From contig CM097888.1 of NCBI GenBank assembly GCA_044892525.1, forward strand, positions 68,386,001 through 68,450,000: DNA of 64,000 bases, in the 5' to 3' direction. Each line of letters begins with the position of its first letter. Positions within the stretch are counted from its first letter, which is position 1. The DNA comes from Schmidtea polychroa (Eukaryota). Below the pieces are notes generated by a model. The model saw only the letters and a program-made list of their open reading frames with translations, was not told the DNA's origin and did no database searches. A program made the translations under genes and the position numbers. Of the stretch, positions 32,840-43,119 are shown in pieces.

Positions 32840-34228
32840 ATGGATAAACGACAAAGAGAAGAGTTCAGAGAGATTGTCGAGCAAGTCCGAAAATCTACAA
32901 CGATCAGAATACACAAACATGTTATGTGCGGAATATGTGAAAAGTTGTTAAAGGAACCTCACCAAACGCAATGTGGATGCAGAGTATGTAAAGAATGTAT
33001 CAGTGAAGCAATAAAGAATAGACCACAGAGGTGCCCGGTGTGTAAAGAGACACTAATATCGAGTTTAGAAGACACTAACGAGGATAAAGCCGCAGTGAAA
33101 GACATGTTAAACACCAACCTGGGATGCAAAAATGCCCCATGCGAATGGAAAGGAGTAATATGGAAGGTAGTACAACATATGGGAGAATGTATGTACAGAA
33201 TTGGCCAGTGTGAAAGGTGCCATAAAACCATTCGAGCAAGCGAAGAAAAAGAGCATCAAAGGCAGTGTGAAGAGAGATTGGAAAGATGTGAACACTGTGG
33301 AGAAATAGATACGTGGATAAATCTCACCCTCAAACATCACAATGTCCAAGAGGAGAGAGTATGTGCAGAGTTCAGTGGGGAATGCCCAAACGGATGTAAC
33401 CAAGGGGAAATAATGAAGGTGGCACAGCATCTAAGGGAATGCGCAAAGAAAAGAATGACATGTGTACTAGGTAGATGGGGTTGTCAGAAACTACTACACC
33501 GAGGTGAGTTACCACATCATTTAGTAGAAAATGCTTCAACTCACGCAGAAATGTGGTCGACTGCGCTACAAGAAAGCGAAGAGAAAGTAAAACAAATGGA
33601 GATAGAGATAACATCGTTGAAAGTGTTAGTCAAAGAACTACTAGAAGAAAGGGAAGCGTTCGAAGAAGCCCGAGCAAACATAAAGATGCAAATAAACCGA
33701 ACAGAAATCAGTAATAATCAGGCCAAGGAGCTACATCAGAAAATACGGGAAATAAATCTAAATGAGATAACCCCAACAGCACCCTACATATGGAAAATAA
33801 CGGGAGTAAAAGAAAGAATACGAAAAGCAAAAACCGGAGAAGAGACAAGAATAACAAGTCCTACATTCCATTCTTGGAAAAATGGGTACAAAATGAAAAT
33901 GAAGGTATATCCCAACGGGGACGGAACCGGATTGGATACGCACTTTTCGATTTTCTTTCTGTTATGTAAAGGAGAATACGACGAAATATTAGAATGGCCG
34001 TTCCAGGCAAAAATCGATATTACTCTGATGAACAACCAAAGTATACATGAGCAAAGCTTCAAAACAACGGGGAATCAAATAGCTTACCAGAGGCCCCTCA
34101 ACGAAGAAGGATCAGCAACAGGAGCACCTACGTTCATCTCACAACAAAGAGTAGAAGATATGGCGAGAAATGATACCATATATATCAAGATGACCGTGAG
34201 GAAAGAGGAGAAGGGTAGAACGGAGTAA
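32840..34228 (+). CDS. Full-length intronless TRAF-family protein (RING, TRAF zinc fingers, coiled coil, MATH), TRAF2/3/5-like
   Basis: RING CGIC..LLKEPHQTQCGCRVCKEC..CPVC; zinc fingers CKNAPCEWKG...H..EC, CEHC, CPNGC; MATH YIWKI...SPTF...GYKMKMKVYPNGDGTGLDTHFSIFF..KGEYDEILEWPF...NDTIYIK. Confidence 0.95.
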   Translation: MDKRQREEFREIVEQVRKSTTIRIHKHVMCGICEKLLKEPHQTQCGCRVCKECISEAIKNRPQRCPVCKETLISSLEDTNEDKAAVKDMLNTNLGCKNAPCEWKGVIWKVVQHMGECMYRIGQCERCHKTIRASEEKEHQRQCEERLERCEHCGEIDTWINLTLKHHNVQEERVCAEFSGECPNGCNQGEIMKVAQHLRECAKKRMTCVLGRWGCQKLLHRGELPHHLVENASTHAEMWSTALQESEEKVKQMEIEITSLKVLVKELLEEREAFEEARANIKMQINRTEISNNQAKELHQKIREINLNEITPTAPYIWKITGVKERIRKAKTGEETRITSPTFHSWKNGYKMKMKVYPNGDGTGLDTHFSIFFLLCKGEYDEILEWPFQAKIDITLMNNQSIHEQSFKTTGNQIAYQRPLNEEGSATGAPTFISQQRVEDMARNDTIYIKMTVRKEEKGRTE

Positions 34229-34366
34229 CCAATCGAATAATGTTGTATATAATAATCTGTATATATCGGTGTATATAACCAATAAAATATTATATAATAA
34301 TAGTATGAAAACCCTAAATACGAAAACCCAAAAATGATGCGAAAATTTCCCAAGAAACAGTAAATA

Positions 34367-35476
34367 ATGAATAAATTCCTTTTCATAATAAAAAGATTAA
34401 TCGATGTCTATGATTTAGAGATGACACAAGAGAAAATAACCGAAACTGCGATAGCCCCAACCAATGTCAACAAGACACAAATTCCCCGAGAACATAATAA
34501 AAAATGGAACAAAGTAATGTTCCAACTAACTAATCTCACCCGAAATCACATCGAAGAAACTAGAGAAGATGAGAATAGTCAATACCAATGGTTAATACAC
34601 AACTTAAGAGCGGAAGCAGAAGCATGCAAAAGAGCATCAAAATGGGCGTCACTAGAAAATACCCGCCAAGAAGCACACAGCCACTACTTAAAGCAGCTAG
34701 TGCAGGAAGCGAGAAAAAGACTTACCGATGAGAACACCAAGCGCGAAGCGGAAAAACAAATAGAAGACAGGAAAATGATGCACTTAGTGGCAGAAGCGAG
34801 AAAATGGAAAAGACAAAACAGAGAAATGAAAAAAGAGATGAAAGAATTGCCCATGAGACTCGGATATGAAAGCGAACAAGGTAAATGGGAGGAGAATTTA
34901 ATAATAAAGGAAGAATTGAAAAGGTTGAGAAAGGTCGCCGCCCGAAGCCAAACCTGGCAAACAAAGGCTATGGAGTTTGAGCGACATTTGGCAATGAAGT
35001 GCGACATAAGAGAGCACGAGAATGCCGCAATGGAAGAGATGATAACCCAACAAGCGGGACGGGTTGTGGAATTAGTAAATCAGGTAGAAGAGATGAAAAG
35101 AGACCTTAATGGATTACAAGGATCGCTGGAACAAAGAAACATGGTCCTAGCGGGAAAAAACAGAAAATTAGAAAACGAAAGGAAAATGTACACCGAAAAT
35201 ATTAAAAACTTAGAAATAGAAATTGAAAAATGGAAGGGCGACGAGAAAATCAAGGCCCTAGACAAACAGATAGAGGCGAAAGACGAAGAGACAAGGTATC
35301 TCACCTATCTGCTCGACGAGGAATTGAACATCACTCGAGCTCTAAGAGACGAAATTAATGAATTGAGAGCTCAAATCCCCCAATATTACCTACCATACGA
35401 CCCTATTGCGATACAGTTACATCCCGCGGTCGATAGTGATGAAGGTTATGTAGGCCAGGAGGAAACCTTCGTATAA
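34367..35476 (+). CDS. 369-aa coiled-coil accessory protein
   Basis: Long intact ORF with extensive heptad E/K/R/L content and no recognised family; an alternative start lies at 34421. Confidence 0.75.
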   Translation: MNKFLFIIKRLIDVYDLEMTQEKITETAIAPTNVNKTQIPREHNKKWNKVMFQLTNLTRNHIEETREDENSQYQWLIHNLRAEAEACKRASKWASLENTRQEAHSHYLKQLVQEARKRLTDENTKREAEKQIEDRKMMHLVAEARKWKRQNREMKKEMKELPMRLGYESEQGKWEENLIIKEELKRLRKVAARSQTWQTKAMEFERHLAMKCDIREHENAAMEEMITQQAGRVVELVNQVEEMKRDLNGLQGSLEQRNMVLAGKNRKLENERKMYTENIKNLEIEIEKWKGDEKIKALDKQIEAKDEETRYLTYLLDEELNITRALRDEINELRAQIPQYYLPYDPIAIQLHPAVDSDEGYVGQEETFV

Positions 35477-35524
35477 GGGTGGATGAAAAGATGAAAAACT
35501 AAAAACCGGGACGTATATCCCAAA

Positions 35525-35525
<1 letters not shown>

Positions 35526-35555
<30 letters not shown>
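35526..35555 (+). repeat. A30 tract inside the element
   Basis: 30 consecutive A, 49 nt after the stop of ORF 34367-35476. Confidence 0.9.
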
Positions 35556-35557
<2 letters not shown>

Positions 35558-35613
35558 AAAGTATTGTAAAAGTATTCAAGGGACTGTAACCCAAACTATT
35601 AAATTTTATATCA

Positions 35614-36366
35614 ATGTATACGTATAAGTCGCACTATAGCGCACCATTAACTGTACATATTATAGATATGAAAATCGAGGAAATGATAGAAATTATGAGC
35701 GACGTAGAAGAGGGAGAGATTGAGGCAGAAACAACAGAAACACAAACGCTAAAGGCCGAGTTACGGGAAGAGAAATACGAAAACGGGAGATTAATAAACA
35801 AATACCTAGAGGACCGGAAAATGATAAAGGTGTTAAAGAAAGAGTGCGAAGCGTTGGGGGAAATAAAAAGAGAAACGGAAGAGGAAAATGAATGGCTACA
35901 CGAACAAAGGAAGCGAGGGAAAAACTGGGAAAAGATAGCGGAAGAACTATGGAAAGAGAGGGCAAGCTTCAAAGCAAAGGAGGTAATCCAAGACTACTGG
36001 AAAACTGAAGCGAAGGAGCGCCAAACAGCTATAAATAAATTAAAACGACAACTAGAAGAAAACCAACGGGAAAGTAAAGAAATGAGGAAGTGGGTCCGCA
36101 AATATAGAGAAATAGAAAGAAAACATCAACAACAAAATTACCTGCAAGAAAACGAACAAGATCTCCTACAAATCGAGCTAAAAAGAAACCTTGAAAAGAA
36201 AAGGGAAGAAATTAGACGCTTGGAAAAAGAAATTAGACATCTAAAGAGAGAAGCCCGTGAAAAAGACCGACAATTGGAAATGCTGCCCGAGTTAAGACAC
36301 AGGGTAATTAAAGCAGAGTCCACCTTGATGAGAATCGGCGAAAATAATCCAAATCAGAACCATTAA
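35614..36366 (+). CDS. ~232-250-aa coiled-coil accessory protein
   Basis: Intact ORF rich in E/K/R heptads. The likely start is ATG 35668, whose context (tgtacatattatagatATG) resembles that of the TRAF start (tgtacatataattatagaATG). Confidence 0.75.
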   Translation: MYTYKSHYSAPLTVHIIDMKIEEMIEIMSDVEEGEIEAETTETQTLKAELREEKYENGRLINKYLEDRKMIKVLKKECEALGEIKRETEEENEWLHEQRKRGKNWEKIAEELWKERASFKAKEVIQDYWKTEAKERQTAINKLKRQLEENQRESKEMRKWVRKYREIERKHQQQNYLQENEQDLLQIELKRNLEKKREEIRRLEKEIRHLKREAREKDRQLEMLPELRHRVIKAESTLMRIGENNPNQNH

Positions 36367-36406
36367 ATTAAGGGTCATTAAAACCAATTGTAAATAAACA
36401 TAATGA

Positions 36407-37075
36407 ATGTATAATAGTATCATGCGAGGCGAGATGATGATAACAATGATGGTATTGATGATTCTGATGGAGAGCAAACAAATAGACGCCCAACCGAAAA
36501 TCGTACGAGATTACCGAAATCAAAATCAAGAACCTAAACAAGAATCCAGTCAATGCACATACCCGATGACCGTAAAAACCCATATCATCCAAACCATTCA
36601 ATCAACCCGATCACACATCAACAACATCCAAACAATGTGTAAAAAGAATCCCATTTGTAAAATGATAAACAAACAAATCCTCGAACAAATTCAACAATTC
36701 GACCAGTTGGAACAACAAATGCAACAAGAGAATTTTGGAAATCTGGTAGAAAAGCCAAAAATACCTCCCGAAATCAATAACGCCCATTATCTCATATATG
36801 TGGTGATCGCAGAAACCCTCCTCCTATGTCTACCAATATTCATGAAAATTTACGAAGTTCGAAATAGATGTAGAATCTCGACATCAATAAGAGTAACCTC
36901 GAACCAAAATCCTCAAGAAGTGCCCCTGACAAATCTTAACCCAACCCCATTCCGACCTCGAACCCCGAGTAATCAACCAATCCAGCCGAAATCTAATAGT
37001 CAGACCTATCTCAACATCAATACCCAAACCAACCAACAGCCGCCAGCAGAAGCATCAATGGTTAACAATTCATAA
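36407..37075 (+). CDS. Small type I membrane protein (signal peptide, Q-rich ectodomain, TM, P/N/Q-rich tail)
   Basis: MMITMMVLMILMESKQIDA signal-like segment; YLIYVVIAETLLLCLPIFM TM-like segment. Confidence 0.7.
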   Translation: MYNSIMRGEMMITMMVLMILMESKQIDAQPKIVRDYRNQNQEPKQESSQCTYPMTVKTHIIQTIQSTRSHINNIQTMCKKNPICKMINKQILEQIQQFDQLEQQMQQENFGNLVEKPKIPPEINNAHYLIYVVIAETLLLCLPIFMKIYEVRNRCRISTSIRVTSNQNPQEVPLTNLNPTPFRPRTPSNQPIQPKSNSQTYLNINTQTNQQPPAEASMVNNS

Positions 37076-37301
37076 ACTCTAATTCAAACATTTGTGTTAT
37101 TATATGTGGAAACTTTTATTGTATGTACCAACTATCACCTTAAGTGATACTTGCTTGGTCTTGCTTTGACCTTGATCTTACAATAAAATTTTTATCATTG
37201 TTGTATAATTTTCCGTGTTCGTGTTATATTTTTTTTTGAATGAATGAATTAAGTTAATTATGCAATTGCGGGACGCAATTTTGATGGGTCCCCGAGTGAT
37301 T

Positions 37302-40300
37302 TGTTGGGCTGAGTCGAAAATTTAATCGTTGAAAAATAAGAAAGTAGGGAAGTAGAACATTAAGAAAAATAAAAATAAAATAAATAAAATCAGAAATAAA
37401 ATAGAATAAGATATAAGGAAAATAATAATTAAGACATAAGAATTAAAACAAAAAAATAAAATTAAGAAAAGATTAAAATAGAACAAGTTGACAAATAAAT
37501 AAAGAGGAATTCAAGAAATAATAAGGAAATTAAGGAAATAAATAGAAAAACATATTAAAAATAAAGAAAATAAGGAAAAAACAACCTAAAAACAAGAAAA
37601 TTATATTAAATTAATAGAAATAAGCGGTACTCAACTCTGATTGGTCCGCACAAATAAGAATTTGATATATATACAACTACCAAAAACATTAAATTTACTG
37701 TTAACCCCGAGCATTTCATAGGTAAGAAAGAATGTTTACTGTTTTGACTGTTAACCCCGAGCATTTCATAGGATCGACACTACTAGCCAAGCAACCGTCA
37801 TTCAGAAAACTCCACAACTATTCAAAACCAGTTCAGAGACCGAAATACCATTCATCACAATAATCGACATCCAACGGACCACCATTAGAACTATTTGGAA
37901 CGAACAACATTGAATTTTGACTCAGCCTAACAATAGTAAGGGGTATTTCATTTGTTTATAGATTTATTTAAGTATTTGCAAAGCTAATAATAATGTTAAA
38001 TATTAACGATTAAACATTTTAGTTAACTCTCTTCATTTGATTCTCCATTTTAATAACTTTAACGTATTGATGGAATTTGTATTATTTAAGTATTTCAGAA
38101 TCAATAAAATATTTTTATCCAGATGTCCGTATTTTATTTGAATTAAAGATTTTATGAATTTTCATTTAACGAGTAACGTGGAGTTGAGATACTCCATGTC
38201 ATGGTATGAGGTGCCTTCGGGAGCTCAGCCGGTGGACATGGAGTATTTCAATCGCGCAGCTAGATTGGGCCGAAATGTGAAGGCTTCTTCACGGGTCCTA
38301 TCGCTGAAGATGCGACTAAATTATCACAATGGGGTATGGATAAAAAATAACCGGTAGACAATGATTTCACAAAGATAGTCATACGAATGAAGGGATTTTC
38401 AAGGATTTGCACAGTGATTGAGGGCGTCGCATTCTTCTTTCGTCAAGTCGTTTTCGTAAGTCTTACCCCTATTGAAAAAAGAGATCCAGACCACGATTTA
38501 GTGAACTTCGTCAAAAATAACAACATCTCATAGTACGCTTCATCTGGAAACATGGTTTTATCAAATTAATTGCGACAACGTCTATTTGCCGGACTCAGTA
38601 GAACTAAATTCGTATGAAATTCCATTATCATAGACCCAATGTCATCTAACCTGTCCAGATTGTATGTCAGGTTACGAAAGTATTCTAAAAACTTTAACTA
38701 ACTCGAAACTATAAAATGCGAGATTCTACGAAAACCTCTCTAGTATTATAATCAGAAAGTTTTTATAGACTTAGTTATTTCAAAAATTATAACCAGGTAA
38801 AATATCACCAAATTTAATTAATAACATTTATTTCTACAATAAGAGCCAGGTCATCACTGTATATATCCAAATTATTGAACCTGAGAGAAAAGGACAGGTT
38901 TCATCGAGACGGCATTACATCTGAATAGGAAAATCCGAGTAGAATGACGAGAGTAGTAATATGCTTCAGTATTTGGTAGAATTATTCCCTCGACGATCAC
39001 TGAAAAGATCCAATAAATTTCCAAACGATGGTGATCATTCACACAAGTTGATAAGGGTAAAATTCCGCGATGAGAACTGGCGGTAGCATAAATCATAACT
39101 CAAATAAATCACTGTGCAGAGAAAATCATACGACAGCAGGATCGATAAAATCACCGTGAAAATGGCATACACCAAGTGAGTGAGATAAGATAGTAGCCAT
39201 ACACGAATCCATGTGGTGAGAGCACAGAATATCAGACTAGCATACATAGTAGTCGCGACACGTGACATTCACAATAGGTCGATAATGTAATCAACCAGTC
39301 GACAGCAGTATCCGTAAATTTGGATATGTTATGACCGATGGGATTTTCCATGAGGGTGTTAAAGTAATGGCTGATGTAAACTCATCACATATTTTCAGAC
39401 CAATGGTAGACAACATTGATAATCACATTCACTACCGAATTAAAAGTGCACTTCCAATAACAAATTTCGAATCAAAAATATGTTGAGAGCGATAGTAATT
39501 TGTTTTTAATAAATTAAAATAGATAACATATAGCAAGGTTTGGTCGCATACTATAATGTCCCTCTACTAAAGCATTATTATATTATTTCACCAATATTAT
39601 ATTTACACCCTATCAATTATTACGTCCCTCATGCATACAGTTAGATCAATAGATAGTCAAAGTTAATAACATGCGTCAAGCCGATGGCATTTGGTTAAAT
39701 AAACCGTTTTAACAACTAAGATCCGTAGTAAAACCGGATTGTAGAATAAGTTTTCCTTCTTTTCGACGGTCAAGTATCCACGAATGGACGCGGGTCGTAT
39801 CTAATTTATTCTAAAATCGTATGTTCTCCATTTCATTAGTATTATTTATAGCAAGCATGCTACCAACCACTAAATCAGCATTACGGCCGTGCTTCTCGTG
39901 CGCGGATAAAAATACGGTGATAAAGGACCTACAAACTCAGATTGGACGTTACAAGAGGAAGATAGACGAGCTGGAAGGGACATGGTTTAGTCCCGCTCGG
40001 ATGAAAGAGATCCAAAAGAAGCTCGATCGTAGCGAGCATTGCCGGGACGCGCTAATATCTGAGAGCCGTGCCCAAAGAAGTCTAATCAGAGAACAATCCG
40101 AGGCACTGCATAAGGTTTACGTGCAGGCGGCTACAACCCGAAAAATCGTGCAGATTCCCATCCGAGAGGCCGATGACATCTTTCCGCCTCATCACAACCT
40201 TTCCTCGAATCCATCTCCACCGTTCAAGAGACCGTGCCGAGACTGCGTCGAAACCGAATGGTCCCCCAAGCGTCCAGATGTTGTCATCACGGGTACCAGT

Positions 40301-41143
40301 AAGCCCCCCACTGCTAGTCCATCTGTATCAGTCACCCTTCTGCAAGTGGCATCTTCAAGCAAACCCAAGCGCAAACAACTCTCTCGTGCAGAGCGCAAGA
40401 AGAGACAGCGCGAGCGCGCTACTGCAAAGCCAAACATCCCATCAATAGAGGACTCAACCAACGGTGGCAACTCTCACGTGTCCATCGACCTAACAACGGG
40501 ACCCTCAGCGCGAATCATATCAGCCGCTGGCGTAAGGTGGGAAGAGAACGCTTCCGAGTTTTTCAACCTCGACGAATTATTCGCCGACACTGAATGGGAG
40601 AAACAATAAAACCCCAGTGGCGGTCAGGATGAGGAACAAGGATCCGATCTATGTTGATTATGATGTTTTCTCTTCTTTCGACAAACATTAGTAAAATGTA
40701 CAGCTGAATCCTTGTGTCATAACGTTGAAATTAATAAATCTTGTTGTCTTACACGTTTTCGTTCATGAATAATTAGACTTTAATTAAGTGGGTTGAGTAG
40801 AGAACCCGCAAGATCTAGTGAGAATTTCCCAATTTGCATTCAGCGAATCCTGATAGGTGGTTGTGTAAGGAAATGGACGTAAGCCCTTCTATCGGCAGTC
40901 GTGAATGGGAAGTCGAGGCCTCAGCAAGGAGTAGTTTTAAGGCAGAAGCTCACCTGCTTGCTGGCGTCTCGCCTGCATAGTGCAGTACCAACGTGAAGTG
41001 ATTCACGGGCACTATGTTGGAAGAAAGTTATGTGGGGTTTCACTCCAGGTTGACAAATCGGTGGCACCTTTTATTCGAGATGGACAATCAACCCTTAGAC
41101 CCGCCAACATGGTAGAATGGTCAGCCGAGGTGTAACCCCAACA
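37302..41143 (+). repeat. 3' LTR (3,842 bp)
   Basis: Direct repeat of 11271-15112, followed by TSD CTAA. Confidence 0.97.
39821..40609 (+). CDS. 3' LTR copy of the 262-aa LTR-encoded protein
   Basis: Translation identical to 13790-14578. Confidence 0.65.
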   Translation: MFSISLVLFIASMLPTTKSALRPCFSCADKNTVIKDLQTQIGRYKRKIDELEGTWFSPARMKEIQKKLDRSEHCRDALISESRAQRSLIREQSEALHKVYVQAATTRKIVQIPIREADDIFPPHHNLSSNPSPPFKRPCRDCVETEWSPKRPDVVITGTSKPPTASPSVSVTLLQVASSSKPKRKQLSRAERKKRQRERATAKPNIPSIEDSTNGGNSHVSIDLTTGPSARIISAAGVRWEENASEFFNLDELFADTEWEKQ

Positions 41144-42772
41144 CTAATTTTAATGAATACAAAATGATTGCAGTGAAAGTTTAAATGGCTAAAACTATTG
41201 AGAATGCGGAAAACAGTTTTTGTATTACATTATTTGTTTCTGAAAAGCTAATTAGTTATGTATTTAAATGCAAATATTGATAAATATAAAAATAATATTT
41301 GACTTATTTTATATCTAATCAACCTTTCAGAAATAATTAATATAAAGATTTGCCTTATTCTCCCTCGATTAACCATTTATACTTTCAATGTAGTCATTTT
41401 GTTTTCTAATTTAAATATAAAACTAAATGAATAAACCTTAATTATTGAAAAATTAATATTAATAAATGAAATATTGACACTATTAAATGTAAAGTTCATA
41501 CTTAATAAATGAGAAATCCATAAATTCTAATAATAAATATTTAATTTATAAAAAAGCAATTATTTCATACTAAAATTGACGTGGAAGTTATACAAGGCAA
41601 TTTTAATGAATAATATATTCATTTTTTACTAATATAAATATTATTTACCAAATGTTTTTAAATATTATTTTTGTTTAAATTTAGTTTCGAATGTGCAGTA
41701 TTTGCAATTTTTGTAAATTTTTAAAATTGGTTTCATTTTAAAATATATATGTTAATTGTACTAAATGAATATTGTCTTAAATAATAATTATTTTTTGGTT
41801 GTATATTATATATTAAATATATTATATTAAATATATTATATTCAATATGTTATATTATCACCGTGATTCCATGCTAAAAATTTGGATTTTTTAAACTATA
41901 TATGTTAATAAGTTTATCAAGTTTTACTTAAGTGTTTCAGTAATTTATTAAAAATATTGGAAGAAAAAATATTTTAAGAGCACTTTGTTTTCTTGTGACC
42001 GCTTACGCCGCGCGTACAACTTAGATGGAAACTAGCTTGGGTAGAATATATTGAAAATGAAAAATGAAGAGATGAAATGTCATTTAAAAAGTAAACATGG
42101 TATTGATTGCTACTCAATTCCACATGATGAAATTGAACGTCCAGCCATTGAAAAAAGACTAAGATTATAGTGGGTTTTTTTCATCGAAAAATTCTTAAGA
42201 AAACCATCTCAGATATGGCAACAGACGGGATTTCAATTAGAGTCATTACGAGAAATAAGTACATTCTTGACTCAATCAAAACAGATGGATTCGTGTAATC
42301 AAGTTCCTCCACGAAGACTTAGAGGAAAAGAAACTCAAATTGATTCAGGTGATCAAGTCAAAAACTGAAAAGGCAGAAATCTAAGCATGACAATATACGA
42401 ATATACAAAAGTTCGACGTAGAAGATACTTTAGCATAAATTTACATTATGGCGTGGATAAGAAAACTTATAAAACAGGTATAGTTTGCGTTTTTGAATCG
42501 TGTAATGCAGAAACAATAGCGTCAAAAGTTCAAAAAAGTAGCTTTAGTGATTATGATATAATATGTATAAAATGATGAATTAATAGTTGATTTTAAAAAA
42601 ATATATGAACAATTTAAAAAATTTATTGTTTAAAATTATTAAATAGATTTTAGAAAGAATGTAGCGGGTCATAGAACTTAACAGTCGAAATATATTTTAA
42701 AAAAACAGAAAACAGCATTTCTTGACTTGTTAATTAAACGTAAAGAAAACAGCTGTTGTTTTTAAAATCTAA

Positions 42773-43119
42773 GGTACTTCCGTGTTATCTTACCCCCAAA
42801 AATTAAATTAAAAAAGAACACATATAATTATTATATTTATTTTCTAAATCACAGTTACAAACTCAGCAAATGTTTGTAAAGAGTTTGTAAATGGTCATCC
42901 AGGTGCCCAGAAAACCAAAATGTCGTTGAGAATAATGTCGAACACATCGGCACTGTTGCTTAGAACACGTTTGCGCCACATAATCACATAAATCACAGAT
43001 AGGCTTAATAAATGCATGTTCAATAACGTCATCAATAATGTATTCTCTCATTTTTTATATTGTTATTTTAATTGTATTTTATTATTTAATTTTTGGGGGT
43101 AAGATAACACGGAAGTACC
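42773..43119 (-). mobile_element. Non-autonomous Merlin (IS1595-like) DNA transposon
   Basis: Perfect 36-bp TIRs starting GGTAC (42773-42808 / 43084-43119), 8-bp TSD AAATCTAA, and minus-strand remnants AYL..MWRKR and ADVFDIILNDILVFW resembling the Merlin transposase C-terminus. Confidence 0.78.

Larger units (their letters stand above)
11271..41143 (+). mobile_element. Giant (29,873 bp) full-length Ty3/Gypsy LTR retroelement with envelope and accessory genes (Burro-like)
   Basis: Two 3,842-bp direct repeats at constant offset 26,031; termini TGTTGGG...CCCAACA; 4-bp TSD CTAA (11267-11270 and 41144-41147); PBS; intact Gag and PR-RT-RH-IN in Gypsy order. Confidence 0.97.

Noticed and set aside
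18858-36601. Numerous 60-150 aa antisense and alternative-frame ORFs overlapping the polyprotein and cargo genes
   Set aside because: Expected shadows of strongly A-rich sense codons (F/L/S-rich translations); no motifs.
11271-41143. The 3.8-kb direct repeat as an assembly duplication
   Set aside because: TG...CA ends, matching 4-bp TSD, PBS after the first copy only, and at least one substitution all fit genuine LTRs.
41960-42580. GC-richer patch with possible transposase remnants right of the 3' LTR
   Set aside because: No consistent frame, TIR pair or motif identified.
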